64,000 bases of DNA, taken from the NCBI GenBank assembly GCA_000002445.1, contig CP000070.1, positions 1,376,001-1,440,000 on the forward strand, read 5' to 3'. Shown here in pieces: positions 55,364 through 64,000 of the stretch. Position 1 is the first letter of the stretch, and every line of letters begins with the position of its first letter. Source of the stretch: Trypanosoma brucei (taxonomy: Eukaryota). Below the pieces are notes generated by a model that worked only from the letters and a program-made list of their open reading frames with translations, did not search any database and was not told the origin of the DNA. Position numbers and translations under genes: made by a program.

Positions 55364-56262
55364 GGTTTGGGGGAGGGGGAGGAAAGAGGGAGAAATGAAT
55401 TCGGTGCTGAAGCAGCGGCATTCTTTTTTTTTTTTCTCCGGTCAAAATTTGGTGAAGTTGGTACATTGGTGGCAGGAGTTGGTTGTGCGCCGTTTTATGA
55501 AGAAAAAAAAAACCGCCTTCTTGCGTGCATTAATGCTCGCATCATTTTTTCCGAATCTTTTTCTTCCGCGACCGCATGCTCGCGTTGCACTTGTGGTTGT
55601 GTAGATGTGGGTGGAGGCGGCGCGGTGCGGCGAAGCTTTCCGTTTTCTCATTTGCGACGGAGGTGTGTGTGTGTTTGTACTTTTTTTTTTTTTTGATATT
55701 CCGACTTTCCCGTTACACGTGTTGTTGCGTTGGCGTTCTAATCGAACTGGAAGCTGTTTTGTAAACTGCTTCGCTTTGTTGCCCGATTGTTGACTTTCTT
55801 GTTCCCACCGGAGGGGGGGGTGTGTCTCTGACCTTGGATAAATAATGATAACTACTGAAGGTGAGGGAAAATTTCGACAAATGAACGTTACGTGAATGAA
55901 TAAATAAATATATATTTGTTTCTCTTCTTCTTGAAGTCATTGAGTACTTGTGTACATAGACACAGTTACTCCGGCGAAAAAAAAAAACAACATAGAAACG
56001 AAAGTAAGAAGAAAAAAAGGTTTGAAGATCAAACGTTACAAGGTTCAGTTGGTGAGCTCACGAACCTTTTAGTAGCGGAGGACCGAAGAAACCACATAAT
56101 AATATTATTTGTGTTAGAATCAGGTTGAGGTGAGAAAAAGTGACCAACACTAAGAATATAAAGTCGACAACAAAACTGAAGGGAAGGACTGCGGAGGTTA
56201 AGTAAGTAGACGCACGAGAAAAGATATTTGGACACAGCACAGCCAAGGGGTCGTACACGGTT

Positions 56263-59200
56263 ATGTCAGCGAGGGCAGCAAGCCCTGATTGTAGCTATGT
56301 CAGCAGCGGAAAATCCAATGAATCAAGGGGAAGTCCTGTTGGAAGTTATGTAAGTAGCGGTGAGAAGGCAAGCAATTTGAATAGTGCGCAACTCAGCGGT
56401 GCAAACAGTAAACCACCCAGCAACCGAAAAGGAAGTCCTGTTGGAAGTTATGTTAGTAGCGGTGAGAAGGCAAGCAATTTGAATAGTGCGCAACTCAGCG
56501 GTGCAAACAGTAAACCACCCAGCAACCGAAAAGGAAGTCCTGTTGGAAGTTATGTTAGTAGCGGTGAGAAGGCAAGCAATTTGAATAGTGCGCAACTCAG
56601 CGGTGCAAACAGTAAACCACCCAGCAACCGAAAAGGAAGTCCTGTTGGAAGTTATGTAAGTAGCGGCGAGAAGGCAAGCAATTTGAATAGTGCGCAACTC
56701 AGCGGTGCAAACAGTAAACCACCCAGCAACCGAAAAGGAAGTCCTGTTGGAAGTTATGTAAGTAGCGGCGAGAAGGCAAGCAATTTGAATAGTGCGCAAC
56801 TCAGCGGTGCAAACAGTAAACCACCCAGCAACCGAAAAGGAAGTCCTGTTGGAAGTTATGTTAGTAGCGGTGAGAAGGCAAGCAATTTGAATAGTGCGCA
56901 ACTCAGCGGTGCAAACAGTAAACCACCCAGCAACCGAAAAGGAAGTCCTGTTGGAAGTTATGTAAGTAGCGGCGAGAAGGCAAGCAATTTGAATAGTGCG
57001 CAACTCAGCGGTGCAAACAGTAAACCACCCAGCAACCGAAAAGGAAGTCCTGTTGGAAGTTATGTTAGTAGCGGTGAGAAGGCAAGCAATTTGAATAGTG
57101 CGCAACTCAGCGGTGCAAACAGTAAACCACCCAGCAACCGAAAAGGAAGTCCTGTTGGAAGTTATGTAAGTAGCGGCGAGAAGGCAAGCAATTTGAATAG
57201 TGCGCAACTCAGTGACTCTAGCAGGAAGCATCCTTGTAACAAAAATGTCGAATCAACACCTATAGGAGGGAATTCTTCGGTCGTGCCAGGCGAGCCACCG
57301 ATCGCTGGTGTTTCCAGCATTAAACGGTGTCCCGTGGAACAATCCGATATAAACAGCCTTTCAGCATGGATTGTCCCTAGTTCCCCTCCACAGGGTGCTG
57401 CGGACGAGCTGCACATTCATAGGGAATTACTGAACACACCACCGGCACCGGTGAAACTTACCCTATACGAGAAGGACAACAGTCCCAATGATGGGAATGA
57501 TCCAGTTTTTTACCGTCCGTTTTTGAGAAACTCAGCAAATGGTGGTTCGACTTATGCTTCCTTCACCAATACATCACCATACCCACTTAGTCACAGGGAT
57601 GTTGAGGTTCTTTACGAGTCTCATAAACGGCAAGTGGAAGTATGCCGTGAGGCTGCTCGAGCAGAAGAGGAGATCGCCCGAAGGAAGCGGCAGGAAATCA
57701 ATGCAGAGACTGCGCGCATTGTTTCCGAGGCCTCACGGCTGAGTTTCTCGATGGGCACTCATCGCAAAGTGTACGACGAAGCAATGGACCGGCTTCGGGA
57801 AGTTCGACCAGGGTCGGCCCTACCGAAAGCGTGTAGAATTAAAACACCGCGCCGGATTCTTTTTTCTTCACTCGTAGATTCTTCTGGTTCCTACGGATAT
57901 GGCCCAGCGAGGCGGATGGAAACAATAAAGGATTTTGGCCCCAGTATTCGGAACAATTATAGAGGGAGAACCGGCGGGGCCCAAGTGGCTTTGGCTCTAC
58001 TGAAATCGAGGTTCATGGCTGGCTGGGTTGCCCCAAACGTTGTTGACCGTTTTTCTCCTCACTCACCGGTAGCGCAGACTCTCTCATCTAAATACTTTGT
58101 GGAGCAGCAAACGAACGTCGACCATCCGCACCCGCATAAACGAGAAGTAGTCCCTGAGAAAACCGACTTCGGTAACACAAACAACGTGAATGGCTCCGAA
58201 GATGCAACTGTGCACGTTGTTTCAACGGCGCCAACCGCTTTTTGTGATATGGCAACACCGCACAGCAGCATTAACGTTGCGAAAGCATCAGAAAACGTGA
58301 CAATGCCGTACTGCAGCTCCATTTTGCCTGAACCAGTGAGGGAGTTGCCCCAAAGTAATGATGTACTTCAAAATGCTGTGGGTGAGGAGGATAAAAATGT
58401 AGTTGCCGAACTACCGCCACCAACAATACCTTTACACCAACAGTCGGTATCGCAGCATCAGCAGTTGGAACATCAACACCAACCGTCGCTGGAGGATAAT
58501 CAAAAACAAGAAGAGTCGTCGCTAACACCAGTTAGGGTTCCACTGCCGCTCCCACCTCCAACACGTCTATCGTCCGTGGATGTGAAAATGAAATCACCAC
58601 AAGGGGTGGAGTCACATATATATTCACAGTCATCGACATCACTTCAGGAGGTGGAACTATCCTTTGAAAACCCACGGCCCCCGGTTGTGGAACCTGAGGC
58701 ACTAACGGAGGAAGACAAGCAGGTATTGGAACTATTAAACAACGTCCGTGACCTGCGTCTGGAAACGGAGAAACTGGTTGTTGAATTACTCCACTCAACT
58801 GACGAATGGGGATGTTGGTGTAGTCGGAAAGGGAGTCTTTTTCGTGACTTATTTGTCCTTCCTGACGCGAGGACCGTTGCTGAGGTGAGTAAACGAGCCA
58901 TGCGTACACGAGCGACTCATGACACAACGGCAGAGGAACATCCAATCGATGTGAGAGACAACTTAATTGCTGCAAGGCCACTTAGTCAAGAAAAATTTGC
59001 TCCTAGAATTCCGCCGCCACCTCCTATTGATGTTCTGCTAAAGTGTGTGGTCGATGGGGAGCAGCAACACGTTGCCGAAACAGAAGAGGACGCCTACGGT
59101 GAGTGGGAGAACGACCCGGAAGTTGAGTGCGCCTCATCCCCTAGTGTTCTTCCAGATCATTTGGATGAGGCAAACACGAATTTATTGAGAAGTGCAGCAA

Positions 59201-59706
59201 CGCGACAACCCCATTTACCTGATTCACAGCACTCACCATCATCATCATCTGATACCAGTGGCGGCGGAACTGACAGTAGTGATTACTCCTGTGCTGAGGA
59301 AGAGGCCGATGGTGATGAAAAGAGTGAAGAAAACTCGTCGTGGTCGTATGATTCATCGCTTTCCTCAGCCAAAGCCCCGCCGCCACCCCCATCCCATGAG
59401 GATGAAGAGAAGCGGCGTACAGAAGAAGTTTTACAAAAAGAAACGATGACTCAAGAAATTGAAGGGCCGAGGCCTCCCAACGAGTCTGTACTTCTTTCCG
59501 ACACTATGGACCCTTCACCCACTCCCATTCATCCTGTATTTCATGCCGAAGCCACGGGCAAAAGGACTGGACCAAAACAAAAAAAAGAGGACAAACATGA
59601 AAAGAAGAAGAAAGGAGTGAAGGGATTCTTTTCACGTTTGATGTGTTGTGGAGGTGGAAGCACATCAGTGGCAGATGGAAAGGGGAGCACCACACAAAAA
59701 AAATAA
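56263..59706 (+). CDS. Hypothetical repeat protein with 9 x 34-aa near-identical N-terminal repeats and a Ser/Pro/Glu-rich C-terminal region ending in a CCGGG motif
   Basis: ATG at 56263. Repeat unit GSPVGSYVSSGEKASNLNSAQLSGANSKPPSNRK. 1147 aa. Confidence 0.7.
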   Translation: MSARAASPDCSYVSSGKSNESRGSPVGSYVSSGEKASNLNSAQLSGANSKPPSNRKGSPVGSYVSSGEKASNLNSAQLSGANSKPPSNRKGSPVGSYVSSGEKASNLNSAQLSGANSKPPSNRKGSPVGSYVSSGEKASNLNSAQLSGANSKPPSNRKGSPVGSYVSSGEKASNLNSAQLSGANSKPPSNRKGSPVGSYVSSGEKASNLNSAQLSGANSKPPSNRKGSPVGSYVSSGEKASNLNSAQLSGANSKPPSNRKGSPVGSYVSSGEKASNLNSAQLSGANSKPPSNRKGSPVGSYVSSGEKASNLNSAQLSDSSRKHPCNKNVESTPIGGNSSVVPGEPPIAGVSSIKRCPVEQSDINSLSAWIVPSSPPQGAADELHIHRELLNTPPAPVKLTLYEKDNSPNDGNDPVFYRPFLRNSANGGSTYASFTNTSPYPLSHRDVEVLYESHKRQVEVCREAARAEEEIARRKRQEINAETARIVSEASRLSFSMGTHRKVYDEAMDRLREVRPGSALPKACRIKTPRRILFSSLVDSSGSYGYGPARRMETIKDFGPSIRNNYRGRTGGAQVALALLKSRFMAGWVAPNVVDRFSPHSPVAQTLSSKYFVEQQTNVDHPHPHKREVVPEKTDFGNTNNVNGSEDATVHVVSTAPTAFCDMATPHSSINVAKASENVTMPYCSSILPEPVRELPQSNDVLQNAVGEEDKNVVAELPPPTIPLHQQSVSQHQQLEHQHQPSLEDNQKQEESSLTPVRVPLPLPPPTRLSSVDVKMKSPQGVESHIYSQSSTSLQEVELSFENPRPPVVEPEALTEEDKQVLELLNNVRDLRLETEKLVVELLHSTDEWGCWCSRKGSLFRDLFVLPDARTVAEVSKRAMRTRATHDTTAEEHPIDVRDNLIAARPLSQEKFAPRIPPPPPIDVLLKCVVDGEQQHVAETEEDAYGEWENDPEVECASSPSVLPDHLDEANTNLLRSAATRQPHLPDSQHSPSSSSDTSGGGTDSSDYSCAEEEADGDEKSEENSSWSYDSSLSSAKAPPPPPSHEDEEKRRTEEVLQKETMTQEIEGPRPPNESVLLSDTMDPSPTPIHPVFHAEATGKRTGPKQKKEDKHEKKKKGVKGFFSRLMCCGGGSTSVADGKGSTTQKK
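56329..57215 (+). repeat. 102-bp coding tandem repeat, about 8.7 copies, near-perfect identity with two alternating synonymous variants (gtaagtagcggcgag / gttagtagcggtgag)
   Basis: Direct inspection: ggaagtcctgttggaagttatgt recurs every 102 nt from 56329 to 57145. Confidence 0.9.
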
Positions 59707-61480
59707 CGGGACCCCCCACTCCCATAAAAAAAAAAGGAATGACATCTCAAAAATAAGGGAGAGTGGAAGGAAGTGAAAGTGGAAATAGTAGTGGAAATGG
59801 AAGGGGGAAAATGCAGGAAAAGTTGCGTGCAGGAGCAAACTTGTCAGTGATCCACTTGATAAGTCCTTCCAGCGTGTATTTTATGTTTAATTTTGCTTTT
59901 ATGTCAAGTCAAGGCTTTTGAAAATTTGGCTCACGGATCCATAGAAGGTGTGAGAGAAACGAAATAAAGTTTTTTAGTCATATATTTTGTGTTTGTTACA
60001 CAATAAAACCATAGACGAATTCTCTGTTTTTTTTATTTTCGTTTTTGCCGCCGTGATTGACCCGTAGTTTTGTCGACTGTAATGGCCACACGTAGACGTT
60101 GAGTTTTTTTTTTTTGCAGCATATGAGTTTTACGTACGGTTTATTGATTTATTGAGGTGTTTTAAAAGACCTTACTGTGTTATTCAGTAATATTTTTCAT
60201 TTTTTCCCTCTGGTTCATTTGTTGGATTTGTTTTTTTTGTTGTTTGTTTATCTCCTCTTTCTTTATTCTGCCGATCGAATGAACATCTAAAAAAATTATC
60301 AGACTTCTCTTTTTTTCTTCTTCTTCTTTATTATCTTAAGTTAAAAAGGAAAATCCGTCGCTACCGTGAGGGTGATGGAGCCGGTTCGAATTCGTTGCGG
60401 TCATGCAAGGGTTTTTTTTCCGATTAAACCGATGAGACGATAAAAGATGTGTGGGAGTAAAAAGAAGATGCAAATGTTTTTTTTTTTTTTTTTGGCAGAT
60501 GTACGAATTTGTGCACATGTGGATTAAATTCATTTTTTTTTAAAATCTAAAATATACGTATATATATATATATATATTTATTTATTTATTTATATGCGAG
60601 TGTGTGTGTGTGTGTTATTGTTTGTTTGTTTGTTCGTTGAGGGTCGTAATGACGGCAGCGGTGATGTTGCTTACGTTACTCTGTTTTGTTTGACTTAATT
60701 TTTTTTTTTTCAATTACCCTTTCTCTTTACTCCCTACTCCTTTTTCCCTTATTTCCTTTTTTCCCCCTTCTTTTTTTTAAAAATAAAATAACCGACATGT
60801 CGTTTCCACAAGGAGAAAGATTGAACTTCTGCTGAGCATCTCTGCACACATTAGGCAAGGAGAAAAAGTTGTGGGAACGAAACAACAACAAAACAAAAAA
60901 GAAAAGGGAGGATTGCCAAATCAGTCGTCATCATTAATCAACGATACAAGCAGAGGAAGGTAGAGAAAAAGGAGAAAGAAAAGAAAAGCACCAGAAACTG
61001 CTAAAAGGATCCAAAGAACGACAAAAAAAAACAGCAAAGTCAAGTAGGCAAGTACCGTGAATAGCAACATTACATCACATCACAACAGGTCAGTCAGTCA
61101 GTCGGCATTTTTTCCCCCTCTCCTGTGTGTATCCTTTTTTTTTTGTCGTAGCCCACTGAAAGGAGAACCGAAATAAACGGACGGGTGCGTGCATCGAAAC
61201 GGAGCGGAGTCAACGAAGAAAGTGAATCTGAAAGCGAAAGTGCCCTGGAAGTACATACGATTTAACAAGTGGCTTTAGGCAAAAGGAATTCTTCAATTCA
61301 ACAGGCAAGGAGAGAAGAAAGGAACAGCAAACGAAAACAACTAAACGGAAAGATAAGGGAAGTGAACAATACCCGCATTTCCTACCACCCCCCAAAAAAA
61401 AATAATAAAAGAAATCTTCGTTGTTGAATTGTTTGTTAGTTGGTTGCGCTCTATTTCGCCTTGAGTAACTGCCGAGAAGA

Positions 61481-63280
61481 ATGAGCTTATTTTCTTTTAC
61501 GCCAACTGGAGGTTCCAACATGCCACGCACCACATCCACGGAGGAAAACACCACGTCGGATTGTCAGACAAGTTTGAATCATCCGCCTCCCAAAATGACC
61601 TTTACGGATATGCTAAACACCAAAATCCAAAACAGCAATAAACACAGCTCAGAAGATAAAAACAGCAACTGCAGCACAGTTGATGAGGTGTTGGATTGTT
61701 GCGATTACGGTTATGGATGTGTTCATGGAAATGCACTGGTGGAAGAGGGCGCGGAAGAGATGCGACGCCGCTACTTTTTGGAAATGCAGCGCAACCTCCT
61801 TGATGATGTGGATACGGACAATGAGGAACAAATAGACAGCAAGATCGTTAGCACTTGCCGAAGCACCACATCTGTCAGTGCACGTGATTCCTCAGAAGTT
61901 CTCGGCCCCATACCTTTACCACATGACGGAGGAGATGTGTTGTCTTTCAACCCATTTGCCTCCAGTGTTACCTATAGCCCCTTGTCCGATGAAAACGGTT
62001 GCGTGGAAAATTTATCTCCGAACCCCAGCAGCCGCACTCCACTGAGCAGCTCAACATCCGGGGCGCAGCTTCCCAATGGAAGTTTTTCCTCTATCTCTCC
62101 CTCGCTCTCCACTCATCCGACTGGGCGATTAGCCACGCGAAAAAATGTATACGTGAGTGAACTTCCGACCCATTGGAATACGGAGAAACTCCGCAGCGTC
62201 TGCGCCACCTTCGGTAATATTGTCAGTGCTAAAGTTATGCACGACAGCAACACAAATGAGTCGCGGGGTTATGGCTTCGTCATGTTTGAGACGGATGAAC
62301 AGGCAGCTCTATGTGTGCGCACACTGAACAGTTGCAAAGTGGATGGACGGATGTTGTCATGCCGCTTCGCTCACGAGAAAGCCATGCCGTCGTTTGCCCA
62401 CTCTGATCGTATCCCATGGCAGGAATTCGGTCGCTCCCCCAATTCCACAACACCGTCCCTCTCAAAAGACAAACTGACGGATGTAAAAACCCAACCCGAC
62501 CAACAGCAGGGAGGTAACTCACTTCCCAATATGGAGTTACTGAAAGGCGCCCATGTTGCATGTTTCGGAGACCGCAGTCGCCCAATGGTGCAACGGAGCC
62601 ACAACATATTCATTCAAGGTCTGCCACTGCAGTGGAACACGGATAAATTACGCAGCCTTTGCGGCACTTTTGGAAAAGTAGAGCTGGCTAAAGTTGTTCG
62701 GGATGCCACGACAAGCCTATCGTGCGGCCATGGTTTTGTTCTGTTTGAGCGAGAGGAGGCTGCAGCTCTTTGCGTTGAGCGTTTAAATGGTGCGACCGTT
62801 GAGGGTCGGACACTTACATGCCGTTTCGCGAGAGATAAACGAGGTCCGGGAGTTGCAACTGGAGCGGCGCCTTCACCACCTGTACGGCCGTCTGGAAATG
62901 ACTTTTTGAAAAACACAGCACCGTTACTTGTCCGAATGGTAGACGCACAGGAAAGTCCATCAATGTTACTTCAGTCGGCAGTTGGCTCTAACAAGTGGTC
63001 AACCGTTACAGTTCCACAAAATTGTCACACGGCTGTTTATTCGCAATCACCGTTACTTGTTGCGGGCGGTGTCTCACCATTACTCGGCCTCTCACCTGTT
63101 GTATCTCCTATGGTACCATCTGGCGTCATGACAGAAATGACGGAACCACCGCATGGCATGCAAAGTTTTGGGTGTAATATTGCGGGATTGCAATGCCTTA
63201 TTGCCGTACCGTATCATCAAACTCGAATTGTATCGGGTTTTAGCAACGGCGACGGCGGGACATTTGCTGCACTTACGTAA
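61481..63280 (+). CDS. RNA-binding protein with two RRM domains
   Basis: ATG at 61481. RRM1 KNVYVSELP...RGYGFVMFETDEQAALCV. RRM2 HNIFIQGLP...CGHGFVLFEREEAAALCV. Both carry an LPxxWNT-KLRS-C motif after RNP2. 599 aa. Confidence 0.8.
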   Translation: MSLFSFTPTGGSNMPRTTSTEENTTSDCQTSLNHPPPKMTFTDMLNTKIQNSNKHSSEDKNSNCSTVDEVLDCCDYGYGCVHGNALVEEGAEEMRRRYFLEMQRNLLDDVDTDNEEQIDSKIVSTCRSTTSVSARDSSEVLGPIPLPHDGGDVLSFNPFASSVTYSPLSDENGCVENLSPNPSSRTPLSSSTSGAQLPNGSFSSISPSLSTHPTGRLATRKNVYVSELPTHWNTEKLRSVCATFGNIVSAKVMHDSNTNESRGYGFVMFETDEQAALCVRTLNSCKVDGRMLSCRFAHEKAMPSFAHSDRIPWQEFGRSPNSTTPSLSKDKLTDVKTQPDQQQGGNSLPNMELLKGAHVACFGDRSRPMVQRSHNIFIQGLPLQWNTDKLRSLCGTFGKVELAKVVRDATTSLSCGHGFVLFEREEAAALCVERLNGATVEGRTLTCRFARDKRGPGVATGAAPSPPVRPSGNDFLKNTAPLLVRMVDAQESPSMLLQSAVGSNKWSTVTVPQNCHTAVYSQSPLLVAGGVSPLLGLSPVVSPMVPSGVMTEMTEPPHGMQSFGCNIAGLQCLIAVPYHQTRIVSGFSNGDGGTFAALT

Positions 63281-64000
63281 AGCCACCGTTCCTTTTGATT
63301 CCTTTTATTATATTATATTTCGTTTTGTTTTTGTTTTTCACATCAGTGCCTTTGCTTACTATCTTCGGTATTTTCCTCTCAGCTCCGCCTCTTTTTTTCT
63401 TTTTTTCCTTTTTTTCCCCGTTTCTGTTTCTGTTTCGGCTCTTTCTTTTATGTTTAAAAAAAAAAAGACCATTTGCTCTTAATAATGACAATTGTTGTTA
63501 TTATTTGTCTTTATTTCCGTTGTATCGCCTTTTGTATTCCTGTGTTTATGACAACCGAAACCGTTTCAGCGGAAGGGTGAGATAAAAAAAAAGGGAGGGG
63601 AAATATGCGGGATCCCTCAATAGAAAACAGAAAAAAGGAAAGGAAAGGAAAGGAAGCAGATAAGAATGTGGAAGATTAAGGAAGGAGGGGGGGGAGATAT
63701 AATGGAGGTGTGGGGGAACAAATGGAAGGGTTTTCTTTACTTTTAAAAAACAAAAGAAAAGAAAACAAAAAAAGATGGAAAAGGGACAAAAAAAGAAAAA
63801 AAGAAATACTGCTCGAGAGGAAGAGGAGAAGAACTAACACACACACACACACACACATACATATATACATACATACATATATATATATATATAGATTACA
63901 CGGAAAAAAAAAGAAGAAAGGAGCGGCATATTTGGTTTTTATCAATCAGTTGCCGTGTGCTGTGGATTAATAAGCGGGTGCGATCGCGTGTGTCGGAAAA

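Noticed and set aside
56323-57231. 302-aa minus-strand ORF across the 102-bp repeat array
   Set aside because: It is the antisense of a perfect tandem repeat in which the frame is kept open by periodicity. The sense ORF continues for 1147 aa.
60370-60400. GGTTCGAATTC box-B-like motif (possible tRNA T-arm)
   Set aside because: I could not fold flanking sequence into T-stem, acceptor or anticodon arms on either strand, so this is a chance match.
1-64000. Prokaryotic-style systems (CRISPR arrays, operons, defence islands, prophage)
   Set aside because: The sequence has eukaryotic trypanosomatid hallmarks (polyY-AG trans-splice signals, microsatellite-rich intergenic regions, eukaryote-only families such as YEATS, ankyrin, OSC and Ctf8). 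It has no direct-repeat-plus-spacer architecture.

Overview
This looks like nuclear DNA from a trypanosomatid, most likely Trypanosoma. It is not a prokaryotic locus: I see no operons, CRISPR arrays or phage-type systems. All 17 credible protein-coding genes lie on the + strand. Each is preceded by a polypyrimidine tract and an AG dinucleotide, as expected for trans-splicing in one long polycistronic transcription unit (PTU). Coding GC is high, intergenic regions are T-rich with (TA)n and (TG)n microsatellites, and there are no introns. Several ORFs in the supplied track begin at GTG or TTG and so overstate the 5' ends, and I moved those starts to the first in-frame ATG. Gene content, in order:
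- a polytopic-membrane STE-like protein kinase with PAS-like and FHA domains (249-5285);
- lanosterol synthase / oxidosqualene cyclase (6167-8887);
- two Ser/Pro-rich hypothetical proteins;
- an N-myristoylatable twin-Cx9C (CHCH) protein with NDUFB7-like spacing;
- a Ctf8-like protein;
- a 2068-aa protein with one RanBP2-type and four CCHC zinc fingers;
- a C2 + proline-rich-repeat + ankyrin protein;
- a YEATS-domain protein;
- a putative multi-PDZ protein;
- further hypothetical proteins;
- a PAQR/hemolysin-III family membrane protein;
- a protein with a 102-bp tandem repeat array;
- a two-RRM RNA-binding protein.
The most unusual structural feature is a 7.5-kb ORF-free, AT-rich, microsatellite-dense island (about 44.8-52.3 kb) inside the otherwise gene-dense unit. 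Two coding tandem-repeat arrays (54 bp x9 and 102 bp x9) and one Cys/Ser hexamer-repeat N-terminus are also notable. I found no rRNA, tRNA or recognisable small RNA genes by eye.
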